Shown here: positions 24,244-35,607 of the stretch, in pieces
How positions within the stretch are numbered: the stretch's first letter is position 1
How the letters are laid out: every line of letters begins with the position of its first letter
DNA from: Chiloscyllium plagiosum
Taxonomy: Eukaryota
Direction of reading: 5' to 3'
DNA length: 43,743 nucleotides
Assembly: GCF_004010195.1 (NCBI RefSeq)
Contig: NC_057719.1
Coordinates: forward strand, 1 to 43,743
Made by a program: the position numbers and the translations under genes
Notes under the pieces: model-generated
Seen by the model: only the letters and a program-made list of their open reading frames with translations
Databases searched by the model: none
Told to the model about the DNA's origin: nothing

Positions 24244-24793
24244 TAGAGTCATAGAGTCATAGAGATATACAGCACAGAAAAAAGCCGTTCGGTCCAACTC
24301 GTCCATGCCGACCAATTATCCCAACCCAATCTAGTCCCACCTGCCAGCACCCAGCCCATATCCCTCTAAACCTGTCCTATTCATATACCCATCCAAATGA
24401 CTTTTAAATGTTACAATTGTACCAGTCTCCACCACTTCCTCTGACAGCTCATTCCATACACATACCATCCTCTGGAGGAAAACGTTGCCCCTTTAGTTTC
24501 TTTTATATCTTTCCCCTCTCACCCTAAACCTATGCCTTCTAGTTCTGGACTCCCCCACCCTGGGGAAAAGACTTTGTCTATTTATCCTATCCATGCCCCT
24601 CGTGATTTTGTAAACCTCTATAAGGTCACCCCTCAGCCTCCGACGCTCCAGGGAAAACAGCCCCAGCCTATTCAGCCTCTCCCTATAGCTCAAATCCTCC
24701 AACCCTGGCAAGATCCTTGTAAATCTTTTCTGAACCCTTTCAAGTTTCACAACATCTTTCCGATGGGAAAGAGACCAGAATTGCATGCAATAT
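24244..24793 (-). mobile_element. CR1 3' fragment
   Basis: (ATAGAGTC)n tail; EYCMQFWS...[15 protein letters not shown]. Confidence 0.92.
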
Positions 24794-24794
24794 T

Positions 24795-25497
24795 CCTGTG
24801 GAACAATCCTAGTTCCAGTCCTACATTGGCCCCTTCCCACAAATCTGTGTTCAGTATATCCATAACAGCTTTGGTCTGCTTCATGCTCCCACCAGGACTT
24901 TCATTTTTGCCTCCAAGTTCCACCTTCTATAACTTTCACATTGTTCATTTCTGACATTTCCCTTCCTTTCCTTGACCTCACCATGTCCATTTCGGGGAAT
25001 AAACTGGACACTGCCACCTTCTACAAAGCCACCGAATCCCATAATTACCTTCACTCCAGCTCTTCACACCCCACATCCTGCAAGGATTCCATGCCATTCT
25101 CCCAGTTCCTTCACCTACATCACACCTGTTCACTCGATGTCACCTTCCTAAACAGTGCTGCTGACATGGCTTCCTTCTTCCACGACCATGAATTCCTGCC
25201 CACTGTGGTTGACAAGGCCCTCAATCACATCCAACCTATCACCCGTGCTTCCGCCCTTGCCCCTCCCCATCACTCACAACAGCGTGATTGGGTTCCCCTT
25301 GTCCTCATGTTTCATCCCACCAGCCTCCGCATTCAAAGGAGCATTCTCCTCCATTGCAGACAACTTCAGCAGAATGCCACCACCAAACACATCTTCCCCT
25401 CACTCGCCCTGTCTGCATTATGTAGGGATCATTCCCTATGGAACATCCTAGTCCATTCCACAAACACCAATACTAACCTCTCCCTTCGCGGCACCTA
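24795..25497 (+). mobile_element. Penelope-like element internal fragment (RT C-terminus/linker)
   Basis: ISDISLPFLDL...FYKATESHNYLHSSSSHPTSCKDSMPFSQF...VPLVLMFHP; homologous to 38100-38900. Confidence 0.85.
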
Positions 25498-25824
25498 TGT
25501 TCCATTGGTAGAAGAGACTAGGACCCGAGGGTCACAGCCTTAGAGTAAAGGGAAGACATTTTAGTACGGAGATAAGGAGAAACTTATTTAGCCAGAGAGT
25601 GGTGAATCTATGGGATTCACTGCCACAGAAGGCTATAGAGGCCAGGTTATTGAGTATATTTAAGATTGAGATATATAAGTTCTTGAATATCAAGGGGATC
25701 AAGGGTTACAGGGAGAAAGTGGGAGAATGGGGTTGAGAAACGTATTAGCCATAGTTGAATGTTGGAGCAGATCTGATTGGCCGAATGGCCTAATTTCTGC
25801 TATGTCTTATGGTCTTATTTACTG

Positions 25825-27970
25825 TATCAATGCCCCTCATGACTTTATAAACCTTTGTAAGGTCACCCCTCAGCCTCCAACGCTCCAGGGAAAACAGCCC
25901 CAGCTTATGCAGCCTCTCCCTATGGCTCAAACCCTCCAACCCTGGCAACATCATTGTGAAATCTTTTATAGAACATATAACATAAAACAACAGTGTAGAA
26001 CAGGCCCTTCAGCCCTTAATGCTGTGCTGCCTTGTGAACTAATCTAAGCCCATCGCCCTACACTATCCCATCATCATCCATGTGCTTATCTAAGGACTGT
26101 TTAAATGTTCATAATGTGGCTGAGTTAACTACATTGGCAGGCAGGGCATTCCACACCCTTACCACTCTCTGCGTAAAGAACCTACCTCTGGCATCTGTCT
26201 TCAATCTATTACCCCTCAATTTGCAGCTATGCCCCCTCGTACAAGCTGATGTCATCATCCTAGGAAAAAGACTCTCACTGTCCACCCTATCTAATCTTCT
26301 GATCATCTTGTAGGTCTCTATTAAATCCACTCTTAGCCTTCTTCACTCAAATGAGAACAGACCCAAGTCCATCACTCTTTCCTCATAAGATCTTCCCTCC
26401 AGATCAGGCAATATCCTGGTGAATCTCCTCTGCACCTTTTCCGATGTTTCCACATCATTCCTGTAATGGGGCGACCAGAACTGCACACAATACTTGAAGT
26501 GAGGCCACACTAGCGTTTTGTACAGTTGCAGCATGACATCACGGTTCCGGAACTCAATCCCTCTACCAATAAACCCTAACACACTGTGCCTTCTTAACAG
26601 CACAATCAACCTGGATGGCAACTTTCAGGGATCTATGTACATGCACTCCAAGATCCCTCTGCACATCCACACTATCAAGAGTCTTTCCATTGACCCAGTA
26701 TTCTGCCTTCTTGTTATTCTTCCCAAAGTGAATCACCTCACATTTACCTGCACCTTTCAGCCAATTCTGCAGTTTATCCAAGAGCCCCTGCAACCTGCAA
26801 CATTCTTCCACACTGTCCGCCACTCCACCGATTTTAGTATCACCTGCAAACTTACTAACCCATCCACCTATGCCTGCGTCTAAGTCATTTATAAAAATGA
26901 CAAAACAGCAATGTCCCAAAACAGATCCTTGTGGCACACCAGCCTAAATATTTTCCATCAACCACCATTCATTGCCTACTTATAGAAAGCCAGTTTCTAA
27001 TCCAAACTGCTAAATCACCTTCAATCCCATGCCTCTGCATTTTCTCCTGCATTTTCTCCAACAGCCTACCATGTGGAACCTTATCAAAGGCTTTACTGAG
27101 GTCCATGTACACTATGTCAACTGCCATACCCTCATCCACATGCTTGGTCACCTTTTCAAAAAACTCAATGAGGTTTGTGAGACACAACCTGCTCTTGACA
27201 AAACCATGCTGACTATCTGAAATCAAATTGTTGCTTGCTAGATGATTATAAATCCTATCCCTCATAATCCTTTCCAAAACTTTTCTTACAACAGATGTAA
27301 GGCTCACTGGTCTATAGTTACCTGGGTCATGTCTATTGCCCTTCTTGAACAAGGACATCACATTTGCAATCTGGTACTAAACCTGTAGACAATGATGACT
27401 CAAAGATCAAGGCCAAAGGCTCGGATATCTCCTCCCTAGCTTTCCAGAGAATCCTTGGATAAATCCCATCCGGCCCAGGGAACCTATCTACTTTCATGCC
27501 TTCCAGAATTGATAATATCTCCTCCATACTAACCTCAATATTTTCAAGTCTAATAGCCGTATCTCAGTTTTCTCCTCTACAATATTCTCTTTTTCGAGTG
27601 AAAACAGATGAGAAATAGTCATTTAGCACCTCTCCGATCTCCACAGGGTCCCCACAGAACTTTCCACTTCTGTCTTTGACAGGCCCTATTCCTACCCTAA
27701 GCATCCTTTTATTCCTCACATACCTATAGAAAGCTTTAGGGTTCTCCTTCATTCTATTTGCTAAAGATTGCTCATTTACATTCCTTGCTCTTCTTAACTC
27801 TCTCTTTAAATCCTTCCTAGCTACTCTATAACTCTCCATCGCCTCTTCTGAACCATCTCGCTTCAATATCACATAAGCCTCCCTCTTCCACTTAACAACA
27901 GATATAATTTCTTTAGTAAACCATGCTTCCCTTACCTTATAACTTCCTCTCTGCCTGACAGGGACATACC
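25825..27970 (-). mobile_element. CR1 LINE ORF2 3' two-thirds (25968-27970) plus a small adjacent CR1 piece (25825-25965)
   Basis: RMKENPKAFYRY, PGPDGIYPRIL, NYRPVSLTSVV, PQGSVLG, KFAGDTK; ATAGAACAT tail. Confidence 0.92.
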
Positions 27971-27974
27971 ATTC

Positions 27975-29787
27975 AAGTTCTAAATTGGAGAAAGGCCAAT
28001 TTTGACGGTATTAGGCAAGAACCTTTGAAAGCTGATTGGGGGCAGATGTTCGCAGGTAAATGGAAGGCTGGAAAATGGGAAGCCTTCAGAAATGAGATAA
28101 CGAGAATCCAGAGAAAGTATATTCCTGTTAGGGTGAAAGGAAAGGCTGGTAGGTATAGGAAATGCTGGATGACTAAAGAAATTGAGGGTTTGGTTAAGAA
28201 AAAGAAGGAAGCATATGTAAGGTACAGACAGGGTAGATTGAGTGAATCCGAAGAAGAGTATAAAGGAAGTAGGAATATACTTAAGAGGGAAATCAGCAGG
28301 GCAAAAGGGGGACATGAGATAGCTTTGGCAAATAGAATTAAGGAGAATCCAAAGGATTTTTACAAATACATTAAGGACAAAAGGGTAACTTGGGAGAGAA
28401 TAGGGTCCCTCAAAGATCAGCAAGGCGGCCTTTGTCTGGAGCCACAGAAAATGGGGAAGATACTAAACGAGTATTTTGCATCAGTATTTATTGTGGAAAA
28501 GGATATGGAAGATATAGATTGTAGGGAAATAGATGGTGACACCTTGAAAAATGTTCAGATTACAGAGGAGTAAGTGCTGGATGTCTTGGAATGTGTAAAG
28601 GTGGATAAATCCTCAGGACCTGATCAGGTGCACCCTAGAACTAGAGAAGTGATTGCTGAGATACTTGTATCATCGATGGTCACAGGTGACAGGAGGTTAG
28701 CTAACGTGGTGCCAATGTTTAAGAAGGGTAGTAAGGACAATCCAGGGAACTACAGACCAGTGAGCCTGATGTCGGTGGTGGGCAAGTTGTTGGAGGTAAT
28801 CCTGAGAGACAGGATGTACATGTATTTGGAAAGGCAAGGACTAATTAGGGATAGTCAATATGCTTTGTGTGTAAGAAACCATGTCTCACAAACTTGATTG
28901 AGTTTTTTGAGGAAGTAACAAAGAGGATTGATGAGGGCAGAGCAGTAGATGTGATCTAAATGGACTTCAGTAAGGCGTTCGACAAAGTTCCCCATGGGAG
29001 ATTGATTAGCAAGGTTAGATCTCACGAAATACAGGGAGAACTAACCATTTGGATACTGGCTCAAAGGTAGAAGACAGAGGGTGGTGGCGGAGGGTTGTTT
29101 TTCAGACTGGAGGCCTGTGACCAGTGGAGTGCCACAAGGATCAGTGCTGAGTCCTCGACCTTTTGTCATTTATATAAATGATTTGGATGTGAGCATAAGA
29201 GGTACAGTTATTAAGTTTGTAGATGACACCAAAATTGGAGGTGTAGTGGACAGCAAAGAGGGATACTTCAGATTACAACAGGATCTGGACCAGATGGGCC
29301 AATGGGCTGAGAAGTGGCAGATGAAGTTTAATTCAGATAAATGCGAGGTGCTGCATTTTGGGAAAGCAAATCTTAGCAGGTCTTATACAATTAATGGTAA
29401 GATCCTAGGGAGTGTTGCTGAACAAAGAGACCTTGGAGTGCAGGTTCATAGCTCCTTGAAAGTGGAGTCGCAGGTAGATAGGNNNNNNNNNNNNNNNNNN
29501 NNNNNNNNNNNNNNNNNNNNNNNNNNNNNNNNNNNNNNNNNNNNNNNNNNNNNNNNNNNNNNNNNNNNNNNNNNNNGTGTATGGAATGAGCTGCCAGAGG
29601 AAGTGGTGGAGGCTGGTACAATTGCAACATTTAAGAGGCATTTGGATGGGTATATGAATAGGAAGGGTTTGGCAGGATATGGGCCGGGTGCTGGCAGGTG
29701 GGACTAGATTGGGTTGAGATATCTGGTCGGCATGGATGGGTTGGACCGATGGGTCTGTTTCCATGCTGTACACCTCTATGACTCTAT
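27975..29787 (+). mobile_element. CR1 LINE ORF2 3' fragment (contains an N gap)
   Basis: RIKENPKDFYKY, NYRPVSLMSVVGK, SGVPQGSVL, KFVDDTK; tail CTCTATGACTCTATGA. Confidence 0.92.
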
Positions 29788-29789
29788 GA

Positions 29790-30312
29790 CACACAATATC
29801 TGTTCCTTAAACCAGCTCCACATTTCAATTGTCCCCATCCCCTGCATTTTGCTGCCCCATTCTATGCCTCCTAAGTCTTGCCTAATCGCATTATAATTGC
29901 CCATCCCCCATCTATAACTCTTGCCCTGTGGCACGTACCTATCCCTTTTCATCGCTAAACTAAACATAATCAAATTATGGGCACTCTCTCCAAAGTGCTC
30001 ACCTATCACTATATCAAATACCTGGCCTGGTTCATTACTAAGTATCAGATACAGTGTGTCCTCTCCTCTTGTCCATCCTTCGACATACTGTGTCAGGAAA
30101 CCCTCCTGCACACATTGGATAAAAACTAACCCATTCGATGTACTAGAGTCATCGCATTTCCAGTCAAAACCCTTTCCTGAACCCTTTCAAGTTTTACAAT
30201 ATCCTTCCAAAAGCAGGGAGACCAGATTTGCACACAGTATTCCAAAAGTGGCCTACCCAATGTCCTGTACAGCTGCAACATTACCTCCCAACTCAACGCA
30301 CTCAATTCTCTG
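29790..30312 (-). mobile_element. CR1 fragments (endonuclease region 29790-30168; RT C-terminal piece 30168-30312)
   Basis: QEGFLTQYVE...GEHFGESAHN; similar to 7620-7930. Confidence 0.8.
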
Positions 30313-30316
30313 ATAG

Positions 30317-30375
30317 TTCAGCACTCCCTCAGTACTGACCCTGTGACAGTCTGCACTCTCTCAGCACTGCATTAA
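30317..30375. repeat. Two copies of a CAGCACTCCCTCAGTACTG-type unit (resembles a DeuSINE-core-derived shark repeat)
   Basis: ttcagcactccctcagtactgaccctgtgacagtctgcactctctcagcactgca; family assignment from memory only. Confidence 0.4.
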
Positions 30376-30484
30376 AGCATTCATCCACAACAAATTTCCC
30401 AGATGAGTGCACTTTCATTCACATTATTTATTCAGAAATCCTGTTCAAATCTCTGAAGAGAGGTTGAGCAAACTTGATGTTCTT

Positions 30485-30820
30485 TTTTTATTCATCTGTG
30501 GGACTTGGGCTTTGCTGGCTGGCCAGCATTGATAGCCCATCCCTAGTTGAGAAGGTGGTGGTGAGCTGCCTTCTTGAATCACTGCAGTCCACTTGCTGTG
30601 GGTCGGCCGACAATGACAATAGGTAGGGAATTCCAGGATTTTGACTCAATGACTGTGAAGGAACAGCAGTATGTTTCCAAATCAGGGTGATGAGTGGCTT
30701 GGAGGGGAACTTGCAGGTAGTGGTATTCCCAAATACCTGCTGCCTTTCTTCAGCCAGAGAGTGGGGAATCTATGGAATTCATTGCCACAGAAGGCTGTGA
30801 AGGCCAGGTCATTGAGTGTA
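30485..30820 (-). mobile_element. 3' end of the second LINE family (30485-30745) followed by a short plus-strand CR1 piece
   Basis: The reverse complement is similar to 15258-15465 and 18620-18820. The following piece reads FFSQRVGNLWNSLP. Confidence 0.65.
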
Positions 30821-30913
30821 GTTACTCAACATACCACTTCCTATCTTTCAGCTCTTGCTTTAATACAGGTATAGAACGTAATTAGAACTTTGCTCATTAA
30901 AAAAAAACCGTAC

Positions 30914-31113
30914 TGAGTTTTTCTGGTCTCCTGGTGGAGACAGTAATACATGTTGCAGTCAGGTCCGTCAACTGAAGTAAGGATAATACCAGTTGCTTCC
31001 CGAAGTGGCCACAGCCCAGCACCCCAATTCTCAGACAGCCTCTGTTAAACTTAAGGATCTGGTATTTCGCCATCCAGGAGTTTGGAAAATGGACTCCATC
31101 GATTATTTTGCAT
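30914..31113 (-). CDS. NOXRED1: NOXRED1-like internal coding exon A (200 nt, Rossmann dinucleotide-binding motif)
   Basis: Minus strand has acceptor ttttccaatttctgcag| and donor |gtacgg. It reads (R)CKIIDGVHFPNSWMAKYQILKFNRGCLRIGVLGCGHFGKQLVLSLLQLTDLTATCITVSTRRPEKL(S), with GxGxxG = GCGHFG. This resembles human NOXRED1 KVGIIGGGHLGKQL...ISTRRPETL (from memory). The 1-nt overhang joins in frame to exon B. Absent from the ORF track. Confidence 0.9.
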
Positions 31114-31489
31114 CTGCAGAAATTGGAAAATTCAATTAGCTTACTTTTAGCATTGTGTCACATTGAGGTACATTGCAATTACAGCAGGACACGACCCATT
31201 CAGCACTGGTCTGGAATTCTGGTTGCTGTTTCTATTTCTTTCTCCCTCTTGCACTCTCCAGTTATCTCACATGTGCTTTTTGTTATGTCCATCTAATATT
31301 TCCTGTGATAGCCGATTCCACATTCTCACCACTTAAAGAGGTTTTTCTCCTGAATTCCCTTTAGGGAATACCTCTGCCATTATTTCAGATAACCTCTGAG
31401 AATTGATCATTGGCCTCCTATTCCACATCGTCAAGCTGCATTTTGACAATATAATCTGAAAATAGTGTCAGTTTCCACAGTCACGCTGA

Positions 31490-33088
31490 AGGATGGCCAG
31501 AGTGAGCATAAGGCCGATGAGGAAGAGTGGAGTGAACTTGCGCCTGGAGACAGAGGAGGTAGGAGAGGTCCTTAATGAATACTTTGCTTCAGTATTCACT
31601 ACTGAGGATAGTGTGAAACAGACTGATGCTAGGAAGGAGGATGTGCTGAAAATTTTGAAAAACCTAAGGATAGATAAATCCCCTGGGCCAGATCCCTAGG
31701 TTGCTACATGAAGCGAGGGAAGAAATTTCTGTGCCTTTGGCGATGATCTATGGGTCCTCACTGTCCACTGGAGAAGTGCCAGATGACTGGAGAGTGGCAA
31801 GTGTTATTCCCTTGTTCAAGAAAGGGAATAGGGATATTGCTGGCTGGGCAAAGTATTGGAGAGGATTCTGAGAGACAGGATTCATGATTATTTGGAAAAC
31901 CATAGTTTCATTAGAGATAGTCAGCATGGCTTTGTGAGGGGCAGGTCATGCCTCACAAGCCCTATTGAATTCTTTGAGGATGTGACAAAACAATTTGATG
32001 AAGGTAGACCAGTCAATGTGGTGTACATGGGTTTTAATAAGGTGTTTGATAAGGTTCCCCATGGTAGGCTCATTCAGGAAGTAAGGAGGCATGTAATACA
32101 GGGAAATCTGGTTACCTGGATATAGAAGACAGTGGGTGGTGGTAGATGGAAAGCATTCAGACTGGAGTTCGGTGACCAGTGGTGTTCTGCAGGAATTTGT
32201 TCTGTGACCTCTGCTCTTTGCGATTTTTTTTATGTAAGTTACTTGGATGAGGAAATGGAAGGATGGGTTGGTAAGTTTGCCGATATCACAAAGATTGATG
32301 GAATTGTTAACAGTATGGAAGGCCACTGTAAGTTGCAACAGGACATTGACAGGATGCAGAACTGGGCTGATAAGTAGCCAATGGAGTTCAACCTGGAAAA
32401 AAGTGTGAAGTGATTAACCTTGGAAGGTTGAATTTGAATTCAGAATACAGAGTTAAAGACAGGATTCTTGGCAGTGTGGAGGAACAGAGGGTCTTGGGGT
32501 CCATGTCCATAGATTCCTCAAAGTTGCCATCCAAGATGATTTGGTTGTTAAGAAGGCATATCAGTAAGAGAATTGAGTTTAAGAGCCATGAGGTTATAGA
32601 GCCCTGGTTAGACCAGTTCTGGTTGCCTCATTATAAGAAAGATGTGGGAGCTTCAGAGAGGGTGGCAGAGGAGATTTACCAGGATGCTGCCTGGACTAGA
32701 GGGTATGTCTTTTGAAGAAAGGTTTTTCTCATTGGAACAAAGGCTGAGAGGTGACCTGATGGAAATGTACAAGATGTCAAAAGGCACTGATAGAGTTGTT
32801 AGCCAGAGATTTTTTCCCATGGTGGAAATGTCTATCATGAGGGGACATAATTTTAAGATATTTGGAGGCAGGTTTAGGAGAGATGTCAGAAATAGGTTCT
32901 TTATAAAGAGTGTGGTGGGTGCCAGCAGTGGTAGTAGAGTCAAATACATTATGGACATTTAAGCAATTCTTGGATAGGCACATGGAAGTTAGTACAATGA
33001 AGGATATGTAGGTTAGTCTGATCTTAAAGTAGGATATAAGGCCGAAAGCACAACATCAAGGGCCGAAGGTCCTGTACTGTTCTATGTA
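31490..33088 (+). mobile_element. CR1 LINE ORF2 3' fragment with deletions
   Basis: LNEYFASVFT, SQHGFVRGRSCLT, KFADITK; tail CTGTTCTATG. Confidence 0.9.
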
Positions 33089-33389
33089 CCTAGCTTTAAT
33101 ACCTGGTACCCTAATCACTATCGCCTTGAATCATTACAGTTTCTAAACTCCTGACTACCTGACAGCAAGGAACTAAACGAACTGAAATAACCTCCAACTA
33201 AAATATGGCAGGTTTCCATCCCTCCACCTGGCTAATGTCTAAGGTTGAAACAGACTTTTCACAGCTTCCTGTCATATTTGACCCCGATATAATTTATTTT
33301 CCATTTCTCATTTTCATGCCTCCCCTTGGTGATGCCATCCATTAGCAGAATGCTAACTTTCAGCAATCTATTACATAGCCGCGCCATCA

Positions 33390-33730
33390 CATATTTCACA
33401 TATTTCTACCTAACATTTGCTCCTTTGCTCTTGTATCAGCTCCACTGTTGCTGAAACCTCCATCTATGCCTTTGTCACCTTCAGAATTGATGGTTCTGCG
33501 CACTGCTGGCTGGTCTCCCACATTTTGAACCACCCCTCCAAAAACCCAACCCCTCCCTGCCCCTGACCTGTAAACCTGAGGTTATCCAAAGCTCTGTTTC
33601 CCATGTCCTAACACGCACCAAATCCTATTCACCTATTATCCCCTGTTCACTGATCTATACTAGCTACAAATTTGACAATTTGGATTTTCAAATTCTTATC
33701 TGTCTTTTTGATTTCCCTCCTTGGCCTTCC
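33390..33730 (+). mobile_element. Ancient L2-clade LINE ORF2 C-terminal remnant
   Basis: AETSIYAFVTFRID...LLAGLP...VIQSSVSHVLTRTKSYSPIIP...DFQILI resembles L2 LIHAFVTSRLDY...LQNSAAR...ITPVL...FKIL. Confidence 0.65.
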
Positions 33731-33912
33731 CTTCTTCCTGTTGATTGATAAATAATTAACACTTAGAAATTAATAATTTATAATTCTGATGAATAGTATT
33801 GAGCTAAGTATTGAGCAACAGTCACCCACATGCGATCAACAACATTGAATTGATGAATAAGAATATTGATTATTTATTAGTTGAACCCTGCTATGATTTA
33901 TAACATTAGCAA

Positions 33913-34003
33913 CAAAAACAGAAATTACTGGAAAAGCTCATTAGGTCTGGCACTTTTGTGGGGAGAATCAGAGTTAACATTTCAGAGTGACCCTTCTTCT
34001 GAA
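33913..34003 (-). mobile_element. Degraded PLE-type terminus (further family) with decayed hammerhead-like motif
   Basis: Minus strand ttcagaagaagggtcactctgaaatgttaac...ttttccag...ttctgtttttg, architecturally like the family A end. Confidence 0.5.
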
Positions 34004-34439
34004 GGGATTTGCATCAATGTCATTCTCAGTTATAAATTTGATTATTTTTGTTGTGTTATTATTGGTCATAATTGGCTTATTTTCACTTGTTTATTTGGGG
34101 TTGATTATTGACTGCTGTATGTTCATTGTTATTTGGATATTACTTTAATTCTTTGCTGTTGTTTGGAGTCTGGGAGACCAGGAGCTGCTGTAATATTTGA
34201 CTGTCTCCAACGTAGACTCATGCAGTCAGCAAGTGCCATGATAATTGCTTGGCCTGCTGAGTATTGCCAGCATTTCCTGTTCATACTAATCTCTTGTTGG
34301 TTTGATTCTTGTGATTGTATAAAAGCTGTCAGGGTGATTTACTTAAATCTTGTACCCTATTGTAAATAATTCAAATTGTTTGCATGAATAAGTAATACTG
34401 AGAAACTAGGTTGGGTTCGCACAGTTTGCAAAACATTCT

Positions 34440-35150
34440 CCAGATTAGTGAGTTTTGAGAAGATTTGTAGCTCAGGTTGAGGTTCTGGATGTAAGTTTGC
34501 TCGCTGAGCTGGACTGTTTGGTTTCAGATGTTTCGTCACCATACTAGGTAACATTTTCAGTCAGCCTCCAGATGAAGCTCTGGTGGTATGGCCCGCTTTT
34601 TATTTATGTGTTTAGTTTCCTTGGGTTGGTGACACCATTTCCCGTGGTGATGTCATTTCCTGTTCTTTTTATCAGGGGGTGGTAAATGAGATCCAAGTCA
34701 ATGTGCTTGTTGATACAATTCTGGTTGGAATGCCATGCTTCTAGGAATTCATGTGCGTGACTCTGTTTGACTTGTCCCAGTCAAAGTGGTATCCATCCTC
34801 ATCTGTATGTAAAGATACTAGTAAGAGTTGGTCATGTCTTTTTGTAGCAAGTTGACGTTGATGTATCTTGGTGGCTAGTTTTCTGCCTGTTTGTCCAATG
34901 TAGTTCTTGCAAGGTATTTTGTAAATTACATCAGTTTTGGTTGTTGTCTGTTTAAGGGTCCTTCAAGTTCATTAGCTGCTGTTTTAGTGTGTTAGTGGGG
35001 TTATGGGCTACCATGATGTCTGACAGTCATTTCCAAGATGTCTTTGCTGTAGGGGAGAATGGCTAGGGTTTTTGGGCGTGTTTTGTCTGCTTGTTTGGGT
35101 TTGTTGCTGAGAAATCGGCACTGTCTTTTGTTGGGTACCCATTCTTTTTT
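34440..35150 (-). mobile_element. PLE 3' fragment related to family C
   Basis: Similar to 13550-13970 and 14190-14245 (GIY-YIG remnant DVIYKIPCKNYIGQTGRKL). Hammerhead-like CUGAAAA-UGUUAC...GUGAC-GAAA at ~34524-34563. Confidence 0.8.
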
Positions 35151-35291
35151 AATACACTGTGCAGGTGATTTTCCTCTGCTACATATATACATTTTCAAAT
35201 AATCTTTCACCATTTCAAAAGCTGTTCAGTGGACTTATACTGAAATGCTAACGGAAATACATCCTCTATATCTCATTTGCCTGCTCTGTCT

Positions 35292-35607
35292 GGGCGGCAC
35301 GGTGGCACAGTGGTTAGCACTGCTGCCTCACAGCGCCAGAGACCCGGATGCAATTCCTGCCTCAGGCGACTGACTGTGTGGAGTTTGCACATTCTCCCCG
35401 TGTCTGCGTGGGTTTCCTCCGGGTGCTCCGGTTTCCTCCCACAGTCCAAAAATGTGCAGGTCAGGTGAATAGACCATGCTAAAATTGCCCATGGTGTTAG
35501 GTGAAGAGGTAAGTGTAGAGAAAGGGTCTGGCTGGGATGCACTTCGGCAGGTTGGTGTGGACTTGTTGGGCTGAAGGGCCTGTTTCCACACTGTAAGTAA
35601 TCTAATC
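35292..35607 (+). mobile_element. HE1-type SINE, full length
   Basis: GGGCGGCACGGTGGCACAGTGG head, conserved core, CR1-like 3' segment GAAGGGCCTGTTTCCACACTGTA, tail AGTAATCTAATCT. Confidence 0.93.

Larger units (their letters stand above)
22855..25815 (+). mobile_element. CR1 3' fragment in three collinear pieces (22855-22988, 23851-24244, 25498-25815)
   Basis: KWQMKYNIGK...LNGEKS | VQRDLG...HLEYCAQFW...LDRVDIRK | PLVEETRTRG...; tail TATGTCTTATGGTCTT. Confidence 0.75.

Noticed and set aside
35292..35370. tRNA gene
   Set aside because: A/B-box-like head of an HE1 SINE, continuing into SINE body and present in multiple copies.
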